Shown: positions 28,290-39,142 of the stretch, in pieces
Layout of the letters: each line of letters starts with the position of its first letter
How positions within the stretch are numbered: position 1 is the stretch's first letter
NCBI GenBank assembly: GCA_973895155.1
Contig: OZ316895.1
Coordinates: 7,986,184-8,050,183 of the forward strand
Source: Marsupella aquatica
Lineage: Eukaryota > Plantae > Marchantiophyta
Direction of reading: 5' to 3'
DNA length: 64,000 nt
Position numbers and translations under genes: made by a program
The notes under the pieces: generated by a model
What the model was told of the DNA's origin: nothing
Databases searched by the model: none
The model's input: the letters and a program-made list of their open reading frames with translations, nothing else

Positions 28290-31200
28290 CTACTTGTGAT
28301 GCAATTGCAAAACCTGCAATACGTCACGGTGTCTAGAGAAACTCTCCAAAGGAATCACTTTGGTAAATGCGTCAGCCGGGTTGAGTTTACCATCAATCTT
28401 GACTAGCTCAAACAAATTATCAGACACAGCCTGCCTGATAAAATGGTACCTGACGTCAATGTGCTTCACTCTGCTGTCCATCACCTGGTTCACAGCAAGG
28501 TGGAGCGCACTTTGACTATCACAATGGAGCTTCACATTCCCCTGTGGCAATCCCATTTCAGTGATAAGTCTATCCAACCAAATCGCTTCCTTTGCTGCTT
28601 CCGCAGCTGCAACATACTCCGCTTCTGTAGTAGACTGAGCAATACACTTCTGCAAAGTAGACCTCCAACTTATGCATCCACCGCCAAGTGTGAACACATA
28701 TCCTGTTGTTGATCTCCTTCGGTCCAAATCTTGTCCATAGTCAGAATCTACATAGCCAATCAATGATCTAGCATTCTTTGCATTCGCATCAAATAAAAGA
28801 CCATGATCCACGGTACCCTTCAAGTACCTGATAATCCACTTCACTGCATCCCAGTGTACCTTCCCTGGATTCGACATGTACCTGCTCACCTTGCCCATAG
28901 CCATGGCAAGATCAGGTCTAGTGCAAGTCATCAAATACATGAGACTCCCCACTGCCTTGTCATATGGAACCTTTGACATCAACCCCTTCTCTGTGTCATC
29001 CGTAGGACAGAACGCTGATGATAACTTGAAGTGTGGAGCCAACGGGGTACTTCCTGGCTTGCTATTCTCCATGTTGAACCTTGCAATTACCTTCCTCGCA
29101 TAACTGCTCTGCGTCAACCATAGCTTGCCAGCCTCCAAGTCCCTAGTGATCTCCATACCCAAAATCCTCTTAGCTGGCCCTAAGTCCTTCATCTTAAACT
29201 CTGCACTAAGCAGTGCCTTGAGCTTAACAATCTCAGACCTATCCTTGGCTGCAATTAGCATGTCATCCACATAAAGTACTAAAACAATGAACCCAAAGAC
29301 AACATTCTTCACCGGTTTCAAATACACACAAGGGTCAAATACACTTCTGTGAAAACCTTGTGACCGAATCCAATCGTCAAACCGCTTGTTCCACTGTCTT
29401 GGTGACTGCTTCAACCCATACAAGGATTTCAGCAATCTGCAAACCAATTCCTCCTGTCCTCTCTTCATAAAACCTAGCGGTTGTCTCATGAAGATCACCT
29501 CTTCCAATGTGCCATAGAGGAAAGCTGTGACAACATCCATCTGATCTAGGAGCAGACCAAACATTACAACAAGTACACACAATAGTCGTATTGTAGAGTA
29601 CTTAGCAACTGGTGAGAAGACCTCATTGTAATCCACACCTTTCTCTTGTGTGAATCCCTTTGCTACCAATCTAGCCTTGTAGACCTTCGATCCACCTCCT
29701 ATGGAATTATCCTTCAGCTTGTAAATCCACTTGCTGTCCACCACTTGCTGACCCTTAGGCAGCTTAACAAGCTCCCAAGTTTTGTTGTCCTTTAGTGACT
29801 GCATCTCCGTTTGCATTGCTGCAGTCCACTTCTGCTTCTCTTTTGAAGCACTTGCCTCATGAAATGAAGAAGGTTCTCCTTCTTCCAAAATTAACGCATC
29901 ACCCTCATCATCAGCTGTAAAATCATCCTCTTGCAGTTGAGATGAATCAACCCACTGTCCATACCTTGATGGAGCGCGTACAGTGCGACCAGATGTTCTT
30001 CTAGCCGATGACTCCGGTTGATCTGCGTGTGCTGGTACAATTTGAAGCTCAACAGCATCCACTTGTTGCTCACCAGCATCAACAAACTCCTCTGGTTCCT
30101 CTGGCATAGGAACCAGCTCCATAATTGGAGCAACTCCTTCTCTCCGGTCATGCACCTCATAACCAATCTCCCCCTCAACGAGATCCGGGATAGGAGATTT
30201 TCCTTTGTCAGTACGGGAGACCTGAGTATTCTCCCCCTCCTTCAATAATCTGGATTCATTGAAGGAAACATCCCTACTGACAACGAGCTTACAGGCAATA
30301 GGATCCCATAGCCTATAGGCTTTCACACCACTCTGGTACCCAAGAAAAACACATTTCCTGGAGGTAGGATCCAACTTGGTCCTATTCTGCTTTGGTGTGA
30401 GAGCATATGCATCACTTCCAAAAATTACCAAGCCATGATAGTCTGCTTGCCGCTTATAGCGCATCTCAAACGGCGTTTTGAAATTGATAGCACTAGAAGG
30501 AGAAAGATTTACCAAATAAGCTGCGGTATTGACAGCTTCTGCCCAAAATTCTTGTGGTAAACCTGATTGGCTCAACATACTCCGTGACCGCTCCAACAGT
30601 GTCCGATTGAGCCTCTCAGCGACACCATTCTGCTGCGGAGTATAAACTGTGGTGAGATGGCGAGTTATCCCCTGTTCTGAACAGTACTCTTCAAATTCCA
30701 TTGAAGTGTACTCCCCGCCGTTGTCTGACCTCAGACTCTTCACCCTTGTATCCAAACACTTGATCGTGTTTCCAGTCTGATTCTCCACCTGGGCCTTCCA
30801 CTTCTTAAAAATGGACAAGACATCAGACTTATGCGTCATGAAATAAATCCACACAAATCTTGAGTAATCATCAATAAATGATACATAGTACAACTTTCCA
30901 GAGTGTGAGGGAGTCGGGGATGGACCCCACACGTCACTATGTATGTACTCAAGAACCGCTTTGGAACGATGAGTTCCAACACCAAAAGCACGACGATGCT
31001 GCTTTCCAAGAATGCAATGCTCACAAAACTCTAATTTACAAGATTGCAAATCAGAAATGAGTCCATTCTTCCGTAAGATAGCCAAACCCTTCTCACTCAT
31101 GTGGCCTAGCCGTGAATGCCACAGTTGAGTCATCTCCTCGTGAGACTTGGTTACATTGGCCTCTCCACATACAGTATTGCCCTGTAACACATACAAATTC

Positions 31201-31562
31201 TTTTGTCTACTCCCCTTCAAAATCACTGTCTCTCCCGACCTGACTTGAAGTTCACCATCAATAACGCTCCATTGATGACCATTTGAATCCAACACACCGA
31301 GTGAAATCAGATTCTTACGCATGCCAGGTACATACCTGACTCCGGACACTGTGCGCACAGCGCCATCAAACATTTGAATCTTCACAGACCCAATTCCCTC
31401 AATTTGACAGGAGTGATCATTTCCCATCAGAACTGAACCGTTTGAAACAGAGTAAGAACTGAAAAACTCACGAATGTAACAAATATGAAAAGAGCAAGCA
31501 CAATCAAGAATCCACACATCATCTGCTCTCCTAGATGACGTGCACAGGGCATACCCCCGGCT
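28290..31562 (-). CDS. pol: Copia Pol (protease, GAG-pre-integrase, integrase, RT, RNase H)
   Basis: Protease WILDCACSFH; zinc finger WHSRLGH..C..C; integrase HSDVWGP / SDNGGEY / QQNGVAERLNRTL; RT KARLVAKGFTQ, QMDVVTAFLYG, LYGLKQSPRQW, LYVDDMLI; RNase H YVDSDY..STTEAEY..CDSQSA..KHIDVRYHF..NPADAFTK. In frame with gag across a single TGA. Confidence 0.96.
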   Translation of the reverse strand, partial: SRGYALCTSSRRADDVWILDCACSFHICYIREFFSSYSVSNGSVLMGNDHSCQIEGIGSVKIQMFDGAVRTVSGVRYVPGMRKNLISLGVLDSNGHQWSVIDGELQVRSGETVILKGSRQKNLYVLQGNTVCGEANVTKSHEEMTQLWHSRLGHMSEKGLAILRKNGLISDLQSCKLEFCEHCILGKQHRRAFGVGTHRSKAVLEYIHSDVWGPSPTPSHSGKLYYVSFIDDYSRFVWIYFMTHKSDVLSIFKKWKAQVENQTGNTIKCLDTRVKSLRSDNGGEYTSMEFEEYCSEQGITRHLTTVYTPQQNGVAERLNRTLLERSRSMLSQSGLPQEFWAEAVNTAAYLVNLSPSSAINFKTPFEMRYKRQADYHGLVIFGSDAYALTPKQNRTKLDPTSRKCVFLGYQSGVKAYRLWDPIACKLVVSRDVSFNESRLLKEGENTQVSRTDKGKSPIPDLVEGEIGYEVHDRREGVAPIMELVPMPEEPEEFVDAGEQQVDAVELQIVPAHADQPESSARRTSGRTVRAPSRYGQWVDSSQLQEDDFTADDEGDALILEEGEPSSFHEASASKEKQKWTAAMQTEMQSLKDNKTWELVKLPKGQQVVDSKWIYKLKDNSIGGGSKVYKARLVAKGFTQEKGVDYNEVFSPVAKYSTIRLLCVLVVMFGLLLDQMDVVTAFLYGTLEEVIFMRQPLGFMKRGQEELVCRLLKSLYGLKQSPRQWNKRFDDWIRSQGFHRSVFDPCVYLKPVKNVVFGFIVLVLYVDDMLIAAKDRSEIVKLKALLSAEFKMKDLGPAKRILGMEITRDLEAGKLWLTQSSYARKVIARFNMENSKPGSTPLAPHFKLSSAFCPTDDTEKGLMSKVPYDKAVGSLMYLMTCTRPDLAMAMGKVSRYMSNPGKVHWDAVKWIIRYLKGTVDHGLLFDANAKNARSLIGYVDSDYGQDLDRRRSTTGYVFTLGGGCISWRSTLQKCIAQSTTEAEYVAAAEAAKEAIWLDRLITEMGLPQGNVKLHCDSQSALHLAVNQVMDSRVKHIDVRYHFIRQAVSDNLFELVKIDGKLNPADAFTKVIPLESFSRHRDVLQVLQLHHK

Positions 31563-32597
31563 TCATAAAACATACTCATCATTGAGTAAATCAGCTTCTC
31601 CATCAGCCCTAGCCACATTTGCCGATGAAGTTTCCGCTGCCTTTCCCTTACAGTCTCGCTTGAAGTGTCCAACTTGGTTGCACTTCCAACATGTCACCTG
31701 CCTCCTCTGAGGGGATTTACCCTTGGACTTAGATCTGGATTTAGATCTAAACTGGGTTCTACGGTCCCCAATTGGTCGCTGCATACTCCTCCCACGGTTA
31801 ACATTGAGGGCAGCACCAGATGATGAAGGCTGTGACGTGATGTGCATCTTCTGCTGAAGATCATCACTAAGCAGAGAACTTACCACGTCATTGTATGAAA
31901 TGGTATCCCTATCACGATGCAACAACACTCGTGATAGGGACTGGTAAGATGGAGGCAATGAACTAAGAAGCTGCAGAGCCTTCGTCTCATCATTCAAAGT
32001 CTCCCCAAGGTTTTCCAAGTCAACGACCATGTCGTTGAAAGCATCCACATGGTCTTGCAACTTCGTACCAGATTCCTTCATCCTGAAACTCATCAGTTTG
32101 TAGGAAGTGTAGAGCCGGTTCGACAACTCCTTGCGGTGATACTTGCTCTGCAATTCCGCAAACAAGGACATGCAATCCTTATGTGCACCTAACTGCTTGA
32201 TGATGGGAGGCATGAGATAGAGTGTAACACACCACACTCCCTGCTCCTGCATGCGGTCCCATTGTTTCTCATCAACATCGTCTTCACGAGGGCTCAGCAG
32301 TTGGCCCATCCCTGACGCATAAAGCACTCCCTTCACCTGCTTCTCCCATAGCAAGTAGTCAGAGCGCCCATCATACTTTGTCACTTCATACTTGGGTCCC
32401 CCAAGCTTGAAAGTCCCCATCTTCTTCTTTACCGTGAGCTCCGGTAGTAGTACTGCTTCCTCCACCACACGCCGCACCGGTGATGGTATCGGTGTCACGT
32501 GCTCTTCCTCCTGCTCCTCTCTCTGCCCCTGAAACCTCCGCGGTGATCCTCGTGCTTCAAGTTCCACGTCTTCAAAAAACTCCTCCAAATCACTCAT
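31563..32597 (-). CDS. gag: Copia Gag (UBN2-type capsid region + CCHC zinc knuckle)
   Basis: KYDGRSDYLLWEKQVK, LLSSLPPSY, CWKCNQVGHFKRDC. Confidence 0.93.
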   Translation of the reverse strand: MSDLEEFFEDVELEARGSPRRFQGQREEQEEEHVTPIPSPVRRVVEEAVLLPELTVKKKMGTFKLGGPKYEVTKYDGRSDYLLWEKQVKGVLYASGMGQLLSPREDDVDEKQWDRMQEQGVWCVTLYLMPPIIKQLGAHKDCMSLFAELQSKYHRKELSNRLYTSYKLMSFRMKESGTKLQDHVDAFNDMVVDLENLGETLNDETKALQLLSSLPPSYQSLSRVLLHRDRDTISYNDVVSSLLSDDLQQKMHITSQPSSSGAALNVNRGRSMQRPIGDRRTQFRSKSRSKSKGKSPQRRQVTCWKCNQVGHFKRDCKGKAAETSSANVARADGEADLLNDEYVL

Positions 32598-33751
32598 ATG
32601 AGAAAGTCACAAAAAATGTTGTTTTTCACAACTTCTCAAAAAACTCGAAACTCAACACCGCCGCGTAGCCCACAAAGCTAGGAGTCCAATACTGAAAACC
32701 AAAATCGAAATCGAAATTTGACGGAAAAGTTATTCAAATTTCGGTCGAGGTGGGTAAAACCTTGGGAAACTTCCCCGTTTTGACCACCTCAGGGAATAAC
32801 CGAAATACCAAGTACAACCCGTTGTCGGAATTGCGATGTGATTGGTGCGCTGCATTGCCAACTTCAATGGCTACGACCTCGCCGAAAAATAACCAAAAAA
32901 GTTACCGTTCGGCGGATGAAATCTTTGTCGGACGGTCAAAAAATAGCTCTCTGGTTTTTTGGAATATTCTATGACCCTTGTACAGGCCATGTGGGAATTT
33001 TGGAAGAACAATCGAGGGGCTGACATGTGTCCTCGAACCCCCAAAACCCCCTACCACCCTTCGTCGTCGAAATCTGGTCGCGCGCGCAGAAAATACACAC
33101 GACAAAATGTACCTCTCGACACCAAACGCAAGATATCTCACTCGGGTTTTGACGAAATCAAGATCCGATTTCAGATTTGGAAACTAGACTCCGAGGCGAT
33201 GAAGATCGATATAAGAAGCACCCAAAACGAGGAAAGAACGAGGGAGAAAAAAATTGGTAAAGATGACAGATTTCTCTCAATTGCCATAGCCAATTTCGAA
33301 TCAGTTTTTCAAAGAGAAAAAAATGGTACCTTGTCAACAACGAATGTTGATCAATTGCACTTGGTGCCGTCACCAAGTCCAACAAGGTAATTGATTTTGC
33401 TTAGCCTTCCTCTTTGCATCAAAGAGCCAATCCCGGACTCAAAAACAATCGTCTTGCCTCAATCTCTCCGTTGAGTCAAAACACTTGACGCTTCTCCCTC
33501 CGAGTCGATTGCCAACTTTCTTCACAAAATCCAGAACGACGAAAACTTAGATCTCTCTGCACCACGAGCTCCGTTCAACGATTTCTTCACACCGTTAGAA
33601 AGCTCTTGCCCTGATCTATCCGTTGAGCCCATAAACTCCAAGTTCCATGCGATGGAACTCTGGAAAATCCACCAACACTCAACGCTGGAAAAACCGTCAT
33701 GAAATCCCGTCACGAACACACGTCACCTCCCAAGCATGCTCTGATACCAAT

Positions 33752-34172
33752 TGTTGAGCATAGACGACGATCGCAACGACAAGCCCATGAACCATCCAAC
33801 GCACAATAGTCGACACAAGAGATACGTGGTTCACCTCCTTGAGGCTACGTCCACGGGAACACACAAGAGAGCTTTACTGAACTCTAAGCCCATCGGCTAT
33901 ACCGAGTCTCCACAGTGTAAGCTCTCCCTATCTCTCAAGTGGCTCCATAACAATGAGCTTTGGTTCTACCTCTCCAAGCACACATGCCTCTTATGATATA
34001 GTGTGCAACTTAGTTGTACCTAACCACATAGTTGTACCTAATCACGTAGTTGTACCTAACCACATAGTTGTACCTAATCACGTAGTTGTACCTAACCACG
34101 TAGTTGTACCAACCCACGTTGTTGTACCAACCACGTCATACCTAACCTAGACGTAAGAGTAAATACCCAACA
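33752..34172 (-). repeat. Copia 5' LTR
   Basis: Adjacent to the Met PBS; direct repeat of 27678-28098. Confidence 0.95.
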
Positions 34173-35054
34173 GTACTCAATTTTTATTATTATTTTTCTA
34201 AGTTTTGAAAAGGCATGACTTTTCATTTCCCCTTTTTATGCTCCACTTAGACCTATAAGATTATTGTTTTCCTTTTTATTTTCCAGTGAAGCTTGTATTC
34301 AGTATTGCAAACTTTTGCAAGTTTCCCTCCTTCCTTTGTAATCATTGCTTTCGAGAATGATCTATGAATGAAGTAAAACACTTCCTTTGTGATGTAATGA
34401 ATTTATTCCTGTTGGTGCCTGAGTTTTCATTACAAATTTCCAAGATCAGATGAATTCAAATTAGGATTGCTTGTGGGTCAAGAATCGCTAAGGATTCAAT
34501 GATAAATGTGGATAAAAAGGAGCAAGATTCTGATTTCAGAATAGTTAGTAACGTTACCCTTACTTTGGCATACCCACTAGTGATAGATCGGAGTTGCGTA
34601 TCGCCGAAGTTCTATCCATGTTGACGGCATTTAAGTGAGTATCATTGTATCGGTCACCAGAAAGCTACTTTGGTGTTGGTGAGCATTTACCCTTTCTGTT
34701 TATATTTTCATGGTGATGGAGAAGAGCAATTGAGGCGAGATTTGTTACAATCTTGTTAACACGATAAGACCAAAATCCTTTTTGAAGGAATGGCAGTGGA
34801 GATTCAATCCATTGGACCTTGGTTCTAAAAGCTTTTCCATAATCCATGACTTGGGAATTAATCTTTTCTGTTCATTTTGTTAGTTTATCCATTTGTTTCT
34901 CTTTTGTTTGAAGATTTGGTTGAGTGATACTCTTAAGTCTTCAAAACAATTACAATCATTCAATCCATTCCTATTTTGTTCTTAAAGGGATCGAAACCTT
35001 GGTCTTTAAGTGAAAAGTGTCACTTTTGATTCTTCCGGCTATACCACATCTTTT

Positions 35055-35072
35055 TGGCGCCGCTGCCGGGGA
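35055..35072 (+). promoter_or_regulatory. Primer-binding site, tRNA-Asp type (Athila-like)
   Basis: TGGCGCCGCTGCCGGGGA lies 6 nt after the LTR end and differs by one base from the canonical Athila PBS TGGCGCCGTTGCCGGGGA. Confidence 0.85.
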
Positions 35073-35236
35073 ACGGATGAAGGAATGAGGTTGATGTTCA
35101 GGCAATGAATGCTGAAAAATTGAAGAGATGAGAAATTGAAATTCTAGGGAGAAGTTTTGATTTGTGAAGAGAGAAGTGTAATATAGAGTTGAAGGGAATT
35201 GTATTGGCTTCAAGGAGGCTTATTTGATTTGGAGAA

Positions 35237-35793
35237 TTGAGAGAAGAAGCATATGCAATCATGTCTACGTCAGAAAGTGGGAAGGATTTTAGGTTTGAGA
35301 AAAATCCATATACCTTAGAGAACGCCCCAAGATTATTGGTGGGCATGCTAAGGAAATTGGTTGAGCCTAATGTCACCAACGGAAAGAGGCAGATTCAGGG
35401 AGTGTCAGCACAAAAGAGATTGGAGGATTTCAAAGAACCAGGGAAGTGTCCGGCCAAATTCCAATAAGCAATCATCAATTCTTTAAGATGGAAGAGGAAT
35501 TTGAATTTGAAGTGGTAATTGGGGGAATTGTATTGTCCAATGTAGTTATGGATAAAGGATCCCAAAACAATTTGATGACCACTGAAATCGCTGACAGAGT
35601 GGGTATTAGGCAACTGCTACCCACTCCTGAAAGACTGAGAATCAACAATGGAGAGATAATTAGACCCAAGGGGCTTGTAAGAAATGTTCGAACCCAAATA
35701 GGTGATGAGACATTTGAACTAGATTTCTTAATTGTGGATTCCCAGATTTTTTCCCTTCCCTCAATTTTGTTAAATAGCACCTGGATACATTAG
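35237..35793 (+). pseudogene. Gypsy/Athila-type aspartic protease remnant (frameshifted)
   Basis: VVIGG..NVVMDKGSQNNLM..RPKGLVRNVRTQIG..FELDFLIVD resembles retropepsin D-x-G-S proteases. Split across two frames at ~35460. Confidence 0.75.
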
Positions 35794-36576
35794 GGTTTGC
35801 AGTAAGATCAAAACAATCAATTTTGTTTTGGAAAATTCCACCAGTCAGGGCACACCTCGCCTCCTCCTTAAGCTCAAAACCCATGAATTTACATATTGAT
35901 TTCTGAAGTTTTGAATCCTTAGGGATCCTAATGACCTAATGGGCGGCAGAATTCCAAATCTGAAATTGACTGTTTAAAACGAAGTTAGACAAAGAAATAG
36001 AAGAAGGTAGAGGAGTAAAATTATTGATTAATTAAGTAAATTGTACAGTAATGTCAAGGATAGAGATGAGTGTGAAGGACGCCACAAAGAGGCGTCCCAA
36101 GGATGAAGGACGCCACGCAAATGCGTCCCAAAGAAATGTTGAGTCGCGAATGAGGGTGCGTTAATCGGGAGCAAGCGAGAGGTGCGTGCTTGAGGATATA
36201 AAAAGGTGCGTGCTTGAAGATATAAAAGGGTGCCACCTCTTGTTTAGAATTGGAGAGGTGCAACTGTTCTGATTGAGCACCACCACCTTTCCAAGCTGGA
36301 GGATCTGAAAGGGAAAACTTGAACAGGCACCGCCGATAGAGTCCGTTGAGATCTGGTGTGATGGAAGGTAACCATCATTTAGCCTACTTGCCTTCTATTT
36401 GTGCAACCAAATTTGGGAGTAAGGCATGTCGCAGGACGAACAAGCAATTGCCAAGAGAGTGAGCAAAACATCCGGGAGACCTGAAACTTCGAGGAAGGCA
36501 GTCGAGCCTCGAACGTTGCTTCCTGAGTTTCAAACACCTGGAGCACCTGTACCTGGAAGCGTGTGGAATTAAGCAA

Positions 36577-37730
36577 GTGAAATCCATCCAAGAGGGAGTT
36601 TCAAGCGGCTCTGTGGAGCAGCCCACAGCATCTAGACCTCTGTTTGTCAACCTTCGATCAGGCCCAAAGTTGATTGGATCACATAAGTCACGGAAGGGCT
36701 CAGAGACTGTCCGTGCCCTAAGGCGATCCGATCAATTAGAAGAAGGTGAATCTGTTATCTCAAAAGGAATTCCTGATTCACCAAAGAACTTAATTGGGAT
36801 ACCACTTGAAGGAGAGAATCCTGACATTTTCTCACATTCCGATGGTGCGAATCCATTGAGTGAAATAGGGAGTTCATCTTCTAGCGAGAAGAGCAGTAGC
36901 TCAGGAAATAGCAGTCATTCCAGCAGCTCGAGTTGTGTGAGTCCTCAAGGGACTACCAATCCTTTTGCTAAGCCATTCACACTTCCTGTTGCTACTCGTT
37001 CAGCCCTCCCTGTTATTTCTATTTTTCCTACACCAACCATGGCTCGAAACAATGTGAGATATGATAGGTTCTTTGGCACTTCAAAGGAGGATGCAGAAGT
37101 GTATCTCAAGGAGTTTGAAGCTGCGGCAGCATCCAATGGACAAAGCCAGGATGCTGAGAAGGCCAACTGGTTTGGAGGCTTGATGAAGAAAGGTGCTCAA
37201 AAATGGTACGACCGTTTCCCTGACAAGCAGGATTGGGGAAAATTGAAGGCTGCATTCCTGGCTAAATATAAAGAGGAAGGAGCAGCTGCTCAAGCTTTTG
37301 CACGGATTTCCCATCTGCACATGAAGAAACACGGATCGGTGAGGAAGTATGCAGATAAGTTGCTGGATTTGGTGGATCAGTACAGCCCAGCCACTTCCAA
37401 GTCGACGGGGAAGGATTGGTTCATCAATGGATTGCCATCTCGGATTGCTCGATATGTGAGGCGGGAAGGAGGCACAACCTTGGAAGAAGTTCAGGAAGCG
37501 GCTCAGAAGTATGTGGATTCAGAAATCTCAGAGAAGAAGCGAGTCAAAAAAGACTTAAAGAAAGATAAAAAGAAAAAGAAGAAAAAGTCTAGATCTAAGT
37601 CAGATTCTGAGATGGAGGAAACAGATAGCAGTACCAGTGATGGGGATGACAATACGGATTCCAGTACAAGTGGAAGTTCAAGTTCAAGTTCGGATTCTGA
37701 AAAGGCCGTTCCTAAGAAGAAGAAGACCCC
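36577..37730 (+). CDS. gag: Ty3/gypsy Gag (capsid domain; probable ATG 37039) with Ser-rich and Lys-rich tracts, truncated at 3' end
   Basis: RFFGTSKEDAEVYLKEFE..LMKKGAQKWYDRF..DWGKLKAAFLAKY..SVRKYADKL..WFINGLP, typical of retrotransposon gag. Joins integrase sequence abruptly at ~37731. Confidence 0.85.
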
Positions 37731-38673
37731 TGTCAATGGATTGGCAAACCAACTGCATCTTCTAAGTGGCCACTTACCCCCATTTTACCTTTAGCCCCTT
37801 TTGAAAAGTGGGGGATTGACTTTATTGGCCCCATCTCCCCAGCTGTTCGGCAAGTCGCAGTAAGTCTGTATATTATTCTTGCAACGGATTATGCCACCAA
37901 GTGGGTGGAGGCTAAAGCCACAAGGAAAAATGAGGCCAACACTGCTACTGCATTTTTATTTGAACATATTATTACTCGCTTTGGCTGCCCTCAAACTGGT
38001 GAGTGACCGTGGCCTGCACTTCCTAAACTCCACCATTGAGTTGATTACGGATTTATATCTCATTAAGCACCGCAAGACTACTCCATATAATCCACGAACA
38101 AATGGCTTGACAGAACGTGCTAATGGAATTATGGGGAAGATCTTAAATAAAATGGTGGATTCTCACAAGACTGACTGGGATTTAAAACTGCATTCTGCAC
38201 TTTGGGCCTATCGAACAGCTGAAAAAATCACTACTCTTAGAACTCCATTTTACTTAACCTATGGGTTTGATAGCATTATTGCTATTGAGTTTTCCATTCC
38301 TATCGAGAGATTACTTGTTCCTGAGAGGCTCACTTCTGAAGAAAGTCTAGATAGTCGGTTGGTTGACATCACTAGGTTAGAAGAAAATAGACTTTTAGCT
38401 CTAGAACATACTATTGTAGTCCAGGGTCGAAGGAAACAATCTTATGATAAACGGCTTAAACAGGTTCAGTTCGCCAATGGTGATTTAGTGTTAGTTTTTG
38501 ATTCCCGTTACATGCTTTTTCCGGGTAAATTGCACACCCACTGGATAGGACCTTATCGAGTAGACAAGATTTGGGCTAATGGCTCAGTCACCTTAAGAAC
38601 TCTAGATGGTCAGTTGTTAGATACTAGAATTAATGGCTTTAGATTAAAGCGTTATCATATGCCTTACTCTTAA
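37731..38673 (+). pseudogene. Ty3/gypsy DDE integrase (N-terminal zinc finger mostly deleted, frameshifted)
   Basis: CQWIGKPT..PLAPFEKWGIDFIGP (frame offset from gag), LVSDRGLHF, TTPYNPRTNGLTERAN, DWDLKLHSALWAYRT, GPY/F module GKLHTHWIGPY. No chromodomain. Confidence 0.9.
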
Positions 38674-39142
38674 ATGGTTTGTGGGGACACGGCACCATTT
38701 GAGGAGGGGGCTATATAGTTAGGAAGAGTCTTTTATGCAAATTTTTGAAAATTTTATTTTTTAGAAGGATGCCTCTTAGCGGCGTCCCAAATAAGTTAAA
38801 TAAGTTACACTATAGACGGACACTGTTTAGTGGCGTCCAACTACGGGTGACCCGATTATGGGACCTCGGTTTACTGAAGGACGCCACCGAGAGGCGTCCC
38901 ACAGAGCATTTTTTTTTTGTCGGTGAAGTCGAAGGACACTCGTGAATTACGGCCCGATACCCTAACAACTGCTGCTCGACCTTTCAACATGGCGATGGCG
39001 GCTGAGGAAGGCGCGCACCTCGACTGACATTGCGGGCTGATGAGTGGAGCGTTTGGACTGATTCAAGCTGGAGAGGGAGTGCAAGGACCAGACAAAGAAG
39101 TGGAGTGCAGAAATTGGAAGCAATCTCAAGTGTTTGGCGAAC

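Larger units (their letters stand above)
27678..34172 (-). mobile_element. Ty1/copia LTR retrotransposon, full-length, very recent
   Basis: 421-bp direct LTRs at 27678-28098 and 33752-34172 (TGTTG...CAACA; one mismatch noticed). Perfect TSD GTACT at 27673-27677 and 34173-34177. tRNA-iMet PBS TGGTATCAGAGC (minus, 33738-33749). PPT CAAGGGGAAGAT (minus, ~28099-28110). gag and pol ORFs present. Confidence 0.97.
27427..35048 (+). repeat. Left LTR arm (1122 bp net: 27427-27677 + 34178-35048), split by the copia insertion
   Basis: TG...CA termini. Aligns by eye to the reverse complement of 40721-41914. The length difference (1194 vs 1122) is fully explained by +102 (51-bp triplication), -22 and -8 bp indels. 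Confidence 0.9.

Noticed and set aside
32750-33719. ORFs in the 1.1-kb copia leader
   Set aside because: Mostly antisense to the element and without motifs; treated as 5' UTR.
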